Positions 1-18,604 of a stretch of DNA of 64,000 nucleotides are shown here, one piece after another. The stretch is from the human T2T-CHM13v2.0 reference genome, Homo sapiens. Positions within the stretch are counted from its first letter, which is position 1; each line of letters opens with the position of its first letter. The stretch lies in assembly GCF_009914755.1 (NCBI RefSeq), contig NC_060941.1. The stretch is one strand, 5' to 3'. The translations under genes were made by a program, and so were the position numbers. The notes beneath the pieces were generated by a model. That model saw only the letters and a list, made by a program, of their open reading frames with translations, was not told where the DNA came from and did no database searches.

Positions 1-909
1 AAAATACTTTTATATGCCTATATGAAGAAGAAAAATTTGAGACTTACAAACCTCAGGGCCTTTTACATGCCACTGTTGTCCCTGACCTTCCATGTGTCCT
101 CCAAGTCCTTCACTGGAGTACTTTTTTGTTCACTATTTATCCTCATACACATTATTTCCATCTCCTAAACACATTCCTTAAAGACAGTCCTTAAATCACA
201 GACTTCCATCAGGTGCTTTAAAAAAGACAAAAAGAAGGCCTGGTGTGGTAGCTCATGCCTGTAATCCCAGCACTTTGGGAGGCAGAGGCAGACGGATCAC
301 TTGAGCCCAGGAGACCAGCCTGGGCAACATGGCAAAACTCCATCTCTACCAAAAATTAAAAATAAAAAAATTAGCCAGACGGTGGAGTGTGCCTGTAGTT
401 CCAGCTACTCAGGAGGCTGAGGTGGGAGGATCACCTGAGCCAAGGGAGGTCGAGGTTGCAGTGAGCTGTGATCACACCACTGCACTCCAACCTGGGTAAC
501 AGAGCGAGACCCTGTCTCAAATAAACAAATAATAAATAAATAAGGCTTGAGGATATCTCATTTTTAATGATAGCATTTCATTTTCTAGTAGCCAGAAGTA
601 GTTAAAAACTAAAATTTCCCAATCATCTTCCCATTTGTTGTCCAGAGACAGCTAATAAGATACCAGTTCTGTCCACTAGGGACAGAAGATAAGCCCTGGC
701 ACACAGAGGAGACATGTGGAGAAGCAGCATTCCCACGATGGGACTGTGGGTTATGGGGGTTACGAGGGAAGGCTGGCAGTCCCACTGCCCCACCTTCACA
801 GCCTCGCCTTCTGGCTGATGCCACAATGGTTTTCCAAATTTTAATACATAATGCTTACTAGACAGATTGAGTCAAACTCTTCCAAACGGATCCACTGAAA
901 TGGCCTTAC

Positions 910-966
910 CTCTGTTTCTGAGAGAAGTGTTTTTAGTCTTGTCAAATCCTTTGTTACCATCCCATT
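910..966 (-). CDS. HELZ: HELZ exon 7 (57 nt), NGMVTKDLTRLKTLLSETE
   Basis: Acceptor ttttttattcaccctttcAG, donor GAG|gtaagg. Phase 0-0, continues the recalled HELZ sequence. Confidence 0.95.
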
Positions 967-2129
967 CTGAAAGGGTGAATAAAAAAGAGAAGAACCAATT
1001 AGTATATTAATTCTTTACTATGGCAACTTAGCTCAATTCCTCTGTTGTTTCTGAGTTTATTTGTAAAAAACAATGTTATCCTCATCCCTCATCACTACTA
1101 CCATTAACGATGACAATAAAGCAACACATCTATGAGGAAAATTTAAAAGGTTAACAGGAAAAACTATACAGAATGCCTTTTCTGGTAAGTAAAACCACTG
1201 TATTCACCTTACATTAATTAAAATTAACTCAAGAAAATATTAACAACAGGTACCACCACAGAACAAGACAGCATAAATGAAAAGGAAAACAACCTATTGC
1301 TGTTTTTAACCCTTTTCCTAAGATTAATAAGTTTGTATGTACAAAATGGTGAACCCAGCCATGATTCAGGAAGATTCATATAAGCTGATCACACCACTTT
1401 AAAAATGGCTCTTTAATAAAAGGAAAATATCACTCTTCTGAAATCTAAATTTCATTTGAGATTTAAAAGCAAATTACTCTTTACTCGTTTTAAATTTAAA
1501 AACAACAGGTAAAACTGTAATATACTTAACTTATACAGAAAAGCCCTTTAATGATAATCTTAATAACAAAGAAGAGATATATTCCTTTATTATCTACTTA
1601 GAACTAAATAGCTATATAATTTTTCTATGCTAATACATTTTAGCTTTTAAGTTCATTTATGAATCTGGTGAAATCAAAAGACACTGCTAAACTTAAACAT
1701 AATTAAACAATTCACTGCACAATAATTCCTTAGAAAATAACTATCCCGAGATGGGCCAATACATTACACTCAACAATATACCAAGTACTTCCCTAACTTC
1801 TTTTTTTTTAACCAAATATAATTATTTAATATTTGGAGTAAAAGCACAAATCTGCCCCATAATTTTATCATCTATATCAATTCAGAAGAATAGGAAAGAT
1901 ACAGGGAATTCACACAGCAGAGCAAAGTATACATATACTTTCTTGCTTTCACTGTGTTTCATTATGATTCTTGAAAATTATCAACAAATTTCTTAAGTTA
2001 CGAACTGGTTTAAAAAAAAAAAGGTTATAGCTCTTTTCTTCCACTTTCTATAGATTATCAAATCCAAAGTTTCAAAAAGTAGCCTTTCAATTATCTCAAC
2101 CAAAAAAAGCCAAAAAATTAAATATACTT

Positions 2130-2291
2130 CTGAGCACAGTGGCACATGCCTATTGCCCTAGCTACTGAGGAGGTTGAAACAGGATCACTTGAGCCCAAGA
2201 GTTCAAAGCTGTAGCGCACTATGATAACCCCCTGTGAATAGCCACTGCACTCCAGCCTCAGCAATTCAGCAAGACTCCGTAACTTAAAAAA
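2130..2291 (+). mobile_element. FAM (fossil Alu monomer, 7SL-derived)
   Basis: Single monomer retaining the 7SL/FAM-diagnostic gtgaatagccactgcactccagcc segment, followed by an A tail. Confidence 0.75.
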
Positions 2292-2597
2292 ATCAAATGC
2301 TATATTTACAAAATTGATTGTAAAGTCTGAATAGAGTTAGCTAGTTCCATCAGAGTGGTTATGGATATTACTTACACACATACAAACAGAAACAGAAGCA
2401 CTTATTAGTTTAGATAGATTTAAACATTTTATGAAATAAATTGTTGAATTTAAGAACCCTATGAGATCATATGTCCACATCAGCATTTTAAAACTCAGGC
2501 TCTGTTAAATCATATCTTCAAAGAAAATCACTTAGTTAACCTAAATTATTTTAAAGTATCTACAATTCTTATATATAATCACAAACTACAAGAATTA

Positions 2598-2747
<150 letters not shown>

Positions 2748-3093
2748 TCAAAAATTAGCAGGGATGGTAGTGCGCATCTGTAGTCCCAGCTACTCAGGAG
2801 GCTGAGGCAGGAGGATCGCTTGAGCCCAGGAGGTTGAAGCTGCAGTGTGCAGTGATCACACCACTTTACTCAGCCTAGACAACAGACTGACACCTTGTCT
2901 CAAAAAAAAGAAAAAAACAAAAAAAGAAAAGAAAGAAAAGAAAAATGGGTACTATATCTCAGGATACTCATGAATTTTGCTTTCTAATAGAGGAAGAACT
3001 AAAAGAAAAAAAGATACACTTTTTTTTCCCCACAATATACCTAAGGAATCAAATAAAAATTTGTTTTCAGGCATACAAAATTAGAGCTTATCA

Positions 3094-3282
<189 letters not shown>

Positions 3283-4791
3283 TTATAGTATTAACACACT
3301 ATCACAAGCGTGGCTTTTTATATGCTAAAAGAGTAACTTCAAATACTCTAGAGGGAAGCAGTGGTGTTTCTGTTCTGTCCAAAACAGGCATATAAGAACA
3401 AGAAAAAACATGCGGCAATAAACATACCGAACTTACAACCAGTTGAGATCAAAATCACAGGAAGAATCAATCCTTAAGCTCTCGAGGGAAAAATACTGTT
3501 CAACCTACGAATTCTGGGTAAATGAGGGCTTTTAAATTGCAGACTTAGCTGAATAAAGTTCTCATGTTTTTTACAGTGACATAAGACTGGGTGCCATTAA
3601 AATGAGTAAGAACAGAAACTACAAATCTCACCTAGATATTCCTAAGCAATTAAGAATTAGTCTTTATCAAATCCAACAAGATTTACTAAGAATCCAATTG
3701 CCCAGTGGCCACAGAAAATGCTACCCAAATTGTTTGCAAGGGTTTGCAGATTTAATCTAATACAATCATGAGGATCATGTTTCTAACAAAACAGAATATA
3801 CTCATTTTTATGCCATGTCATTTGAGATGATTTCTCACAGCAACTGCTAATGGTTCAATTAGTAGAGCAATCTATATCCTCTGCATTGCTAAGTCCAAGG
3901 TTCTATTATTAGTTTGTACATACTTTAGCTTCCTTTGCAATAATTTGCTAAAATATTTTAGAAATTACTTTTAAAATTATTTCCAAGGAAATGTTTCTTT
4001 TTAGTATAACATACCATATATATAAAGTCCACTGGATCTGTTCATATTTTTGTTATGAATATATCTTCTCCTATTATTACACAAACATTATAAAACTAAT
4101 AAAATTCTACATAAGAGTTCATCATAATCTCACTACTCAACGAAGTTTTCACTTACTCATTTTCTCCTCCAATTCTGATCAATATTCACAACATTTTTAC
4201 AATGATTGTAACTGATGCCAACATGACAGTTTGTATTCTTTTTTGCCCTCAGCACATTCAGTATTTTCCATGTGATCAGAGTGCTTATATTTATCTTATT
4301 ATTGGCTATATAATGTTCTACCAAGTAGATACATCAACTTATTTAACCCTTCCCTTATAAGATAATAATTCCAATTATTAACTATTAAAAATAATGCCAT
4401 AATAAAAATCTTTACATATACCTTTTATTGAATTTACTAAATTGAAAGTTGCAGTCTCTCTGTATTTGACAGGGTTTTATTCAATTATTTTTAGTTTGGA
4501 CGAATCTATTGTTTCAATCCATCCATATTACAGATCACTCATCTATTCAACAGTCACTAGATAATTCTGTTATCTAGTGAAACTCCAATAAGGAGTTATC
4601 AAGTGAAAAACTCCAATAAGGTATCATTAAGAATGTCTTGAGTGTCTTATAAAGTTCCAAGGTAAGTATTCATCTCCCTCAGATCTTACTATTCCTAAAA
4701 CTCTTCAAATCTGACCTTGGGCAAGTTACTTATCTCTCTGACCCTCAGTGTGGCCATCTGTAAAACAGAAACACGTATAAATTTGCCATTA

Positions 4792-5144
<353 letters not shown>

Positions 5145-6380
5145 CTACTAAGGTATGGATTAGTTACATCGCTAAGCCTATTTCCTCCCCTATCAAACGG
5201 AGGTGACAGTAGCTACTTCATAAGGTTGTGGTAAAGATTAATTATGCTAATTAGAAAAGTAACTAGCAGTCTCCTGCATAAGTAAGAATTCCCTACATAT
5301 TACCTTCCCCTTCTAAAAATTTTACAGCAGTACTGAGCACTGCTGAGGAAATATCTTAGTTCATTTTTAGTAACTGGGATATTAAGAAACTAGTTGTCAA
5401 GAGCTGAAAAATGTTTGCAGGAATGAAAAAGTCTAAGAGTATTTCAACTTCATATGATGATGTCATACTTAAAGAGTATTAAATCACATAACATTTTACA
5501 AACAGGTTTCATAGATCTTTGGTTTTGTATGAGGTATTTGCTGAATTTCATTTTGCAAGTTTCTTCCACTACATTGCTGTATGAATATCTTAATATTTGT
5601 CAAATTTATGTTTCCCTTTTTTCCATCTCTTTTTCAGACAAGAAGCAGTACTGACATACTTTCTTCCTGTTCCCCTTAAATGAAATTCAATTTATGTATG
5701 GGAGGATCCCATATAAAAAACTATGGCATAGAAATAGTCAATAACTATAGATAAAAACCTCTCCTGCTACTGTATCGTATAACAAAATTAAATTGCAATG
5801 CTGCCAATCTAGTTCCTTATTACCTTGAAAAAGCTTGGGGGAAAAAAAGTATGGCCTACTGTATTATTAAACTTGTCTCGGCTATAAAAACTGAACTTGC
5901 CAAAAGACATGACATTAATAATACAATCTTGAACAATTATAAAAAAGTTACAGCTCCTTGCAGATAAATTCTCTTCCCATCAACTATGTGTGAGAGTGTA
6001 CTGTGCGCACACAACTGTTCTCAAACTGAATTGTTCCTTTCTGTTCACTAGGAGTTACAAAGGAGGACTTCTGTCAGCTCGCTGTGTATCTTTTTTGTGA
6101 TATTTTCTAACACTTGAAATATGTCTTACTTAGAATGTTTTGGATTAGAAACTGAGTAGACTTAAAGGAGTAATATTCATTCAACTGTTTTAGCAAAATA
6201 CATCTTTGCTGGGGTTCCATAGCCTCTGGCTATCACAAGGCAAGGATTAACAATTAAAATGCAATTCCCTTTGCTTGTAAAGAATTACCTAATATAAGGA
6301 AAGTAATCTTAAAACAAGCTTATAGTAAATGTTGAGTACATATTCTCTACTGTTTTCAGTAATATGACCATATTAGGACT

Positions 6381-7302
<922 letters not shown>

Positions 7303-7799
7303 GGTTATTTCTTTTATCAAATCCTTAGTTACTTCTGAAGTGTTTTATTAAAGAGCTTAGCCTAATGAAGGTATTTTTTCCAAAAACTTTCCTAAAAATT
7401 TTTTTCATTACCATACAAACTAAATCCTTTAGTCAGTAATGATATAAAATCACTCACTGCTTAGATATAATCATGCTCTCAGAACTAACAATTCAGAAAC
7501 TGAATTTAAAATGAAAATAAAGGCCGAGCCTATAATCCCAGCACTTTGGGAGCCTGAGGCAGGTGGATCACCTGAGTCCAGGAGTTCGAGACCAGCCTGG
7601 CCAACATGGCAAAACCCCATCTCTACTAAAAATACAAAAATTAGCCAGGCATGGCGGCGCATACCCATAATACTAGCTTCTTGGGAGGCTGACTGCTTGT
7701 ACCCAGGAGGCTGAAGTTGCAGTGAGCTGAGATCACTCCACTGCACTCCAGTCTGGGCGACAGAGCAAGACCCTGTCTCAAAACAAAAACAAAAAACAG

Positions 7800-8335
7800 C
7801 ATGGATGGATCTCAAGAGGACCATGGTGAGTGGAAAAAAGCCATCTGAAAAGGTCATATGCTATATGATTCCATTTCTATAACACTCTCAAAGTGGCAAA
7901 ATTAGGGAGATGAAGAACAGATTAGTGGTTGCCAAGGGTTAGAAAAGGTAGTAAGGAAGGGTGGTTGAGTGTGACTCTAAAGGAATAGTACATTTCCTGA
8001 GAAAGAAACAACAAAAAAAGAAGTTTTTCAAAAAAAATTGTAAAAAAAAATTGTAAAAGGTAGGAGGCAGCACAAGGGAGATCTTCACGATGATGGAGCA
8101 GTTCTGTATCTTAATTGTATTCGTGGTTAAATCAGTCTACACATGATCAAAATGACACAGAATACACACATTCCTTGTACTAATGTTAATTTCCTTGTTT
8201 TGATATGGTGCCAGAGTTATGTAAGACGTAATAACTGGGGGAAAGTAGGTGAAGGGTACGTGGGACCTCTCTGTATTATCTTTGCCACTTCCTGTTAACC
8301 TATAATTATTTCAGAATAAAGAGTTTAAAATAAAT
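7800..8335 (+). mobile_element. L1M-type 3' fragment
   Basis: atggatggatctcaag...tatatgattccattt...agaacagattagtggttgccaagggtt, typical of old L1 3' ends. Confidence 0.7.
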
Positions 8336-8721
8336 ACATAAAGCTTATATATATATAAATTTTTTAAAAAATAGTTTGTAACTGGATCTAACAATGAATT
8401 AAGAAATGTTGTTAAGGCTGGGTGCAGCGGTTCACATATGTAATCCCAACACTTTGGGAGGCCAAGGTAGGAGGATTGCTTGAACCCAGTAGTTCAAGAC
8501 CAGCCTGGGCAACATGGCAAGACACCATTTCTACAAAACAGAAAACAAAACAAAAAAACAGAAAAAAATTAGCCGGTTGTGGTGGCATGTGCCTATAGTC
8601 CCAGCTACTTGGGAGGCTGGGGTGGGAGGATCACCTGAGCCCCAGAAGGTCATCAAAGCTGAGGTGAGCTGTGATCACACCATGGCACTCCAGCCTGGAT
8701 GACAGAGTGAAACTCTGTCTC

Positions 8722-8856
8722 AAAAAAAAAGAAAAGAAAAAAGAAAAGAGAAGAGAAGAGAAAAGAAGAGAGGCAGGAAGGCAAAAAGGAAGGAAGGAAG
8801 GAAGGAAGGGAGGAAGGGAGGGAGGGAGGGAGGGAGGGAAGGAAGGAAAGAAGGTA
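8722..8856 (+). repeat. Alu-tail-derived purine microsatellite (GAAAA, GAAGA, GGAA, GGGA units)
   Basis: Directly visible near-pure purine tract of about 130 nt. Confidence 0.9.
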
Positions 8857-9062
8857 GGTTGGTTGTTGAACTGCGTCTCTATTTTAAAAGCCTGGGGAAT
8901 TAAAAAAAAAAAAAAACAACACTGGCAAGGAGCTTAAATACTGAAATTCTTGTCTCCACCACACTAATATTATAATTATTTTAGTGATCCTGAGGCACAA
9001 TCTTTTTCATTTCTAGAATAATACAGTTCTTTTTGTGCCTGTTTTCCAAGTTTGTTAGGCTA

Positions 9063-9470
<408 letters not shown>

Positions 9471-10441
9471 TCAGTTCAAAACCACACTTCCACTCTGGAC
9501 TGGCTCTGTGCTCTTAAGCAAGTAACTTAATCTCACAAAGTCTGTTTGCTCATCTGTAAAACTGCAATGATAATACAATTTGACTAAATAACATATTTCA
9601 GAGGGCCCAACCCTGTGACAATTTTAAATAAATACTGTTAACTCATTCACTAAATATTTTTTCCAAAAAAATTTTTAACTACCATAGAAACTATTTAATC
9701 AAAACTCTTCTGAGGGCCAGGTGCAGTAGCTCACACCTGTAATCTCAACACTTTGGGAGGATGAGGCAAGAGGATCACCTGAAGCCAGGATCACTCAAGA
9801 CCAGCCTGGGCAACAAAGCAAAACCCCATCTCTACAAAAAATACAAAACAAAAATTAATCAACTATGCTGGCGCACACTTTGTTGTCCCAGCTACTGGGG
9901 AGGCTGAAGCAGGAGGATCACTTGAGCTCAGGATTTCAAGGCTGTAGTGAGCTATAATCACGCCACTCTACTTCCAGTCTGGGTGACACCATGACATGCC
10001 ATCTCCAAATTAACAAACAAATTCTTCTCAGAAGAAAGGTAGTTACAGATATCACTTCCTCCCCCAGAGAGAGTACAGAAGTTTCAACCAATCGCCTATC
10101 AATTTGCCTTTTCTAAAAGTCAGCCTCTTTAACAGGGGTTGCTGATTACTGAATCATTTACTTCACAGGCCAAGTCTCACAACAACAAACATCAGTAGAT
10201 GACCCAAGCCCCTTTGTTTGCAATGATGACTTCTTACATTAACAAAACTCTTAGCTAGGCTTTACAAATCTTACAGCCTCATAAAAAATTTTCATTGATG
10301 TTTATGATGGTTAAGTTTAACCTACATATTACAAGTGGTACAATACTCTTAGTTGATAAGATTACGTTCTTTTGATTTTACTTTCTCCATTTACCTCATT
10401 CATTTTTTTAGTGTAAAAAAATGGCCGGGCACAGTGACTCA

Positions 10442-10725
<284 letters not shown>

Positions 10726-11314
10726 CTATTCGAAAGGCAAAAATAGAACCATTATTTCATCAAAGTTTTTGTGTTATGCCAAATACAACTGATGTTCAGA
10801 CAATGAAAAGTGACTTAACTACCTCACTTATCCATTGGTCGCTGGCTTGGCAATCTTCACTATCCAGAATACAACAATGAACTTGGAACTGAAACCCAGG
10901 AACTTACAAAGGTGCCCTTGAGTCCTCACTCAGAGTATGTTTACTCTTATTGAAGCAGAATTCCAACTTTAAAATTTTATAACCTTTAATCAGTTCCTGG
11001 TTTAAACAAATCAGCTATTTAAAAAAAAAACTTTGGGGACAGAAAAACAGGTAAATTTGATTATGGACTGGACTTTAGATAGGTTAGGGAATTATTAGAG
11101 AATTATATCAATTCTATTATGCTAATAATAATATTGTGGTTATGCAGTCTTGATCTTATTTTTTAGAGAGGCATACTGAAGTATTTAGGGATAAATGTCA
11201 TGATGTCTTTAATTATTCTTAAATATTTCAGAAAAAATGAAGTAAATATGGCAAAACATTAGTTGTTCAACCAAAGTTTTGAGAATATGAATGTTTATTA
11301 TATCATTTACTCTA

Positions 11315-12182
<868 letters not shown>

Positions 12183-13311
12183 TTAAACTATGAGCTATCC
12201 ATGGCTATCCCTGGAAGCATCTTAGCATTACGAAACTATAATTAACAGAGACTGAGGTTCACATGTTTTTTATTACTGTCTAACCATAGTACTTCATCTT
12301 ATACAAAAATAATGTTACTAAAAGTTGAAAAGAAAAAAATTACATGTAACAGCAGAACTCTACAACTACTAATATACATGTATAATCTTGGCCAATATTT
12401 CCAAATGTCTATTTCAAATAAACAACTCTGGATATACTGCTTTTGGATTTATTTAAAAAATGACCATTTTTCAAGCTCTTACTTATCACATAAAGGGGAA
12501 CAAGGAATGTGTAGAATGTAATTAATGAACTCCTTCCTTATTGGAAGGTAACCTATTTTTCTCTTTTACACACAGCACTGCAATGAACACCACTCTGCAT
12601 ACAATTTTTTCTCTCTTTTGGATTACTGACTTAGGATAGTATCCCAGAAATGAGATTAGTGGGTCAAAGGGTATGAATATATTACCAAGCTGCATTCCAT
12701 TCCATACTCCACCAATACCACAAAAGTATACTCATTTCATGACAACTTTATCTTAGGCATCGGTTAAACTTATATTTTAGTGATTCAAAAGTTGTGAAAT
12801 AGCACCTAATTTTAAAATGCTAAGTAAAACAATTAACAGAATAATGCAACATTTGTCCATATGCTCCTTCAGCATTTACTTTTGTATGACTTTTCCTAAG
12901 TCACTGAACTTTCTAAGACTTTTGTTTGTACATCTCCAAAAAAACAAGACTGCATCAATTTCACTAGCACTCAGGGCAATGAAAACTGAAGAAAAAGGAA
13001 CTATTTCTCACACATGAGATTGGCAAAATTTCAACACTGACAGGTTTCAGTGACAGATTACAGAGACTGGGCAGTCTCGTATATTGCTGTGGGTGTGTGC
13101 ATCTGAAACTAATCTGACAGTGTCTATTAAAATTATAGGCCGGGCGCAGTGGCTCACGTCTGTAATCCCGGCACTTTGGGACGCCGAGGCAGGCAGGTCA
13201 CGAGGTCAAGAGATCCAGACCATCCTGGCCAACATGGTGAAACCCTGTCTCTACTAAAAATACAAAAATTAGCCGGGCATGTTGGCGCATGCCTGCAGTC
13301 CCAGCTACTCA

Positions 13312-13488
<177 letters not shown>

Positions 13489-14036
13489 CTATAAAAAAAA
13501 GGGCAACAATAAGAAAGAACATATGTTTATTACAGGATGGTTTATAATGACAAACCAGAAAACTAGAACCACCTAAATGCCCATCAATACGGGAATGGTT
13601 GAATAAATAGCAGCACATCCACGCCATGGAAAATTAAGCAGGAATTGGAGCCAGTGTATTAATTTAGAACAATATTCATGGTATACTGATATGTAAGAAA
13701 GCAAGGTGCTAGGTGATGATCACATTATGACTTTTTAATTTTTAAAGGAAAAACTCTACGTATTATAAGCACTTATGTTTGTCACTGTAAAGGCACAGAA
13801 GACCTTTCTCATACAGCAAACTAATAACAATAACTTCTTCAGATGGGGGAAGGATAAATTTTTCCTCTATATTATTTGACTTATTACTGTTTGCTCATTG
13901 TAATTTTAAAATTCCCATAGATAGCAGGGATTTTTTTAAAAGAAAATTCTACTAGATATCTCTTAATTTCTAGTTAACTCTCAAAGCACACAATTCTATG
14001 AAGTGAGGTGAACAAAGGTCACAGAATCTTTAATGA

Positions 14037-14372
<336 letters not shown>

Positions 14373-14608
14373 TAAAATGTTAACACAAAGGAGTAAGCAG
14401 GGAAAAAAAAAAAATTAACTCATGTTAAATACCTCAGCACCACTACCCCCAAATTCTGGATGAACAAAACACTGTATTATTCAAACCACTGAGCTCTGCA
14501 AACAATTCCACCAAACGTGTGTGAGAATGTACAGTGAACTCTTCTCCCACTCACTCCTAGATTCATTCTAGTAAACAGCAACAACCACAAAGAAAAGGAT
14601 TCCTATCA

Positions 14609-14970
<362 letters not shown>

Positions 14971-15083
14971 TTACTAAAGAGCATTCTAGCTAGTCTCCTC
15001 TCTAAGAAAGATCTTCTGATCAAGAAGGAAAGACATTTTAGGAGGGACAGGCCCATCCTTTCAATTTATCTAGCTAAGCTTAA

Positions 15084-15424
<341 letters not shown>

Positions 15425-15695
15425 TGAGCCACCACACCCGGCCTCACACAAACTTCAAAAGGACACATCATCAATGTTCCCAGGGGAGTGACAAGAACTT
15501 AAACATTCATGAGTAAGAGCAATGTTCACAGGTATGCCCAGCTCAGTGGGAATGTCCTCATCCAAATCAGTCACTAGCCACCACAGTAAGGTGGGCTTTT
15601 CAAACATTATCATCATTTTTGAAATTAGCCAAAAAAAAAAATCAAACCTTAAACATTGTTCAATTCAATAATTCGAGTCTCATTTTTAAACATAC

Positions 15696-15732
15696 CATGT
15701 CTACAATCTTCATCAGCTTGCACATAATTTTT
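15696..15732 (-). CDS. HELZ: HELZ exon 5 (37-nt small exon), KNYVQADEDCRH(V)
   Basis: Acceptor tttttgttttgcAG, donor ATG|gtatgt. Continues the exon 4 frame and its phase-1 end joins the TG of exon 6 to make Val. Not in the ORF track. Confidence 0.95.
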
Positions 15733-15989
15733 CTGCAAAACAAAAATACAAGATAAAATTAAGTATTTCAAGAGCTGCTTTTAACAGAGATGTTGTCAAA
15801 GGGAAACTTGGCTTTGTTTCAAAGTTTAATCATTAATGTTGTAAACTTACTATTCACAGAGCAAAGCTAACACATGTGCCCTCTGAGGATTACAGGGCAC
15901 TCTACAAATAAACGTCACAGTATACTTCCTAGTCCATGGACCCCCACTCCTACTTCTCACCTTCTCTAACCCTAACTCATCAGCACCTC

Positions 15990-18192
15990 CCTCCCCGCCA
16001 AAAGCTTTACTGAGAAAACTGAAGCCACAAGAAGAGAATTTTCATAGACTGTCACCACCACGTCTCCCCACTTCCCAGCATACACTCTGTCTTCCTTCTA
16101 CCTGTTAACAGACATACTACCATGCTCCTTTCTAAAGTCAACCTACGCCTGTGCAGATCAACTCAGCCGCCTACGCAGGTATGGCACTCCAGCAAGCCTC
16201 CTCGACTTGTCCTACATCATTAATTTTTTGCTTTTGATTGGTTCATTTCTATACAGAAATACAGTTATTTCTCCCATCTAAAAAAATATTTCCCTTGACT
16301 TTATCTCTCCCACTAGCTACCATTCCTTTTTCTTTTTCCTTTTCCTTTCTCTTTTTTTTCTTTAGTGTCTCTTCATGGCAAAACTCCTCAAGAGTTGTCT
16401 ATGTTGATGTATTTCAATTCCTTCCCCCAATTCTCTCCTAAGCCCTCTTTTTAAGCAGACTTTCACCCACTACTCCAAGGAAGCCACTCTCAAGAGATCA
16501 CCAGTGACCTCCACTGCATCCATGTGGACCCACACGATTCACATGTGCCCACTCAGACACATTCTCATGGCTTTCTTGGCAGCTGCTGACACTACTCCTC
16601 ATTTCCTCACTTGGACACACTTCCTTCCTTCACGCGGCTACCAGGACTCCTTCCTCTCACACTTTCCCCTTTCCTCAGGGTTGCTCTTTAGGTTGCTTTG
16701 CTGGTTGTTGCTCTGCTCCCCAACCTCTTGACACTGCAGCAGCCCAAGACTCGGCCCTCAGTCCTCGCCTCTTCTCTATGATGCTCATTTTCCCTTGGTG
16801 ATTCTACGCTGGCTCAAGACATCATATAGCACTTCTATCCCACAGTCTTCAATGAATCTCTCTCCCAAATTCCATACGTGCATATCTGACTGCTTACTCA
16901 GCATCTTCAGCTGGGTATCTGAATGACATCTCAAACTCAGTACGTCCAAAACTGAACTCCCACCTTCCCCCACAAAACCTCCTCCCCAGCTGTAGCCTTC
17001 TAACCTCAGTTGAAGGAAACATCATTCTTCCAATTGCTCAGACAAAAAGTATCGAGGTAAGTAACTGCGACTGCTCCCCCTCATTCCCTGCATTCAATAC
17101 ATTAGGAAACCTGATTGCTTCTATTTTCAATGTATAAACCAAAACCTAGTTACTTCTCACTATCTCCACTGCTACCATTTTGATCTGAGCCACTCTGGCC
17201 TGGATTATTCTAATAGTCTCCAATCTAGTCTCCTTGCATCAACGCTTATCCCTTTACAGTTTATTCTCAGCACAAAAGTCAAACAATTTCTGTTAAATTA
17301 GATCACACCACTCCTCTGCCCAAAGCCCTGCAATAGCTCCCCAACTCACAGAGAATAAAAACCAAAGTCTTTATCACGAGCCAGCAGGCCCCACAGGCTT
17401 TGGTCCTCCCACCTCTCCACCGCGTGCACTCTACTCTGGCCACACTAACTCCTAGCTGCTACTCAAGCACAGCAGGCATGCTTCTGCTGCTGGGTCTGTT
17501 TCCATTGCCTGCAATGCTCTTCCTCCAGTTTTACACATGGCTCACCCCCTTGCCTCTGGTTATCACCTTCTCAATGAGGCCTGCCTTGACCACTCTATTT
17601 AAAATTGTAACCACATCTCTAACCCCAATATTCCCAATCTCCCCTGCCCTGTTCTCCTTTTTTCATGCGGTTACTACCTTTTAACAATCTATGGTGGGGT
17701 TTTTTTTTTGGTTTTTGTTTTTTGTTGTTTTTTTTTTTTTTAAGACGGAGTCTCGGAGTCTCGCCCTGTTGCCCAGGCTGGAGGGCAGTGGTGCAACCTC
17801 GGCTCCCTGCAACCTCTGCCTCCTGGGTTCAAGCGATCCTCCTGGCTCAGCCTCCTGAGTAGCTGGGATTATAGGCACGCGCCACCACGCCTGGCTAATT
17901 TTTGTATTTTTAGTAGAGACAGGGTTTCACCATGTTGGTTAGGCCAACTCAAACTCCTGACCTCATGATCCACCTGGCTTGGCCTCCCAAAGTGCTGGGA
18001 TTACAGGTATGAGCCACCACGCCCAGCCGGTGTTTATTTTTTATAATGCTTATTGTTTATTTTCTGTTCCCCTACTAGAAAAAGTATCATAAAGAAGAGA
18101 CTTTTCTTTCTCTTTCATCAATATATATAACAAGAACCTAGAACAGTGTCTAGTACACAGTACATACTCAATAAATACTTGTTGAGTGAGTG
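15990..18192 (+). mobile_element. L2 LINE remnant, interrupted by an Alu at about 17700-18028
   Basis: Pyrimidine-rich L2 body with a canonical-like 3' end (ctagtacacagtacatactcaataaatacttgttgagtgagtg). Confidence 0.8.
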
Positions 18193-18373
18193 CATAATCC
18201 AAAATGCCCTAAAGTAGAACAGTTTTCAAGGTTCAAAAACGTAGTTACCTTGCCATCAAATATATTCAGCAATCACCAGCCACTTCACTCACATCTCTTT
18301 GGCCCAGAATTAGCTATTTGTATCGTCACCCCTCAATGAAAAAGGCCATTTTACATAGTTCAGCATTGGCTTA

Positions 18374-18604
<231 letters not shown>

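Noticed and set aside
4569-4621. Short duplication gttatc(t/a)agtgaaa(aa)ctccaataagg x2
   Set aside because: Two-copy slippage duplication with no sign of function; not a CRISPR-like array.
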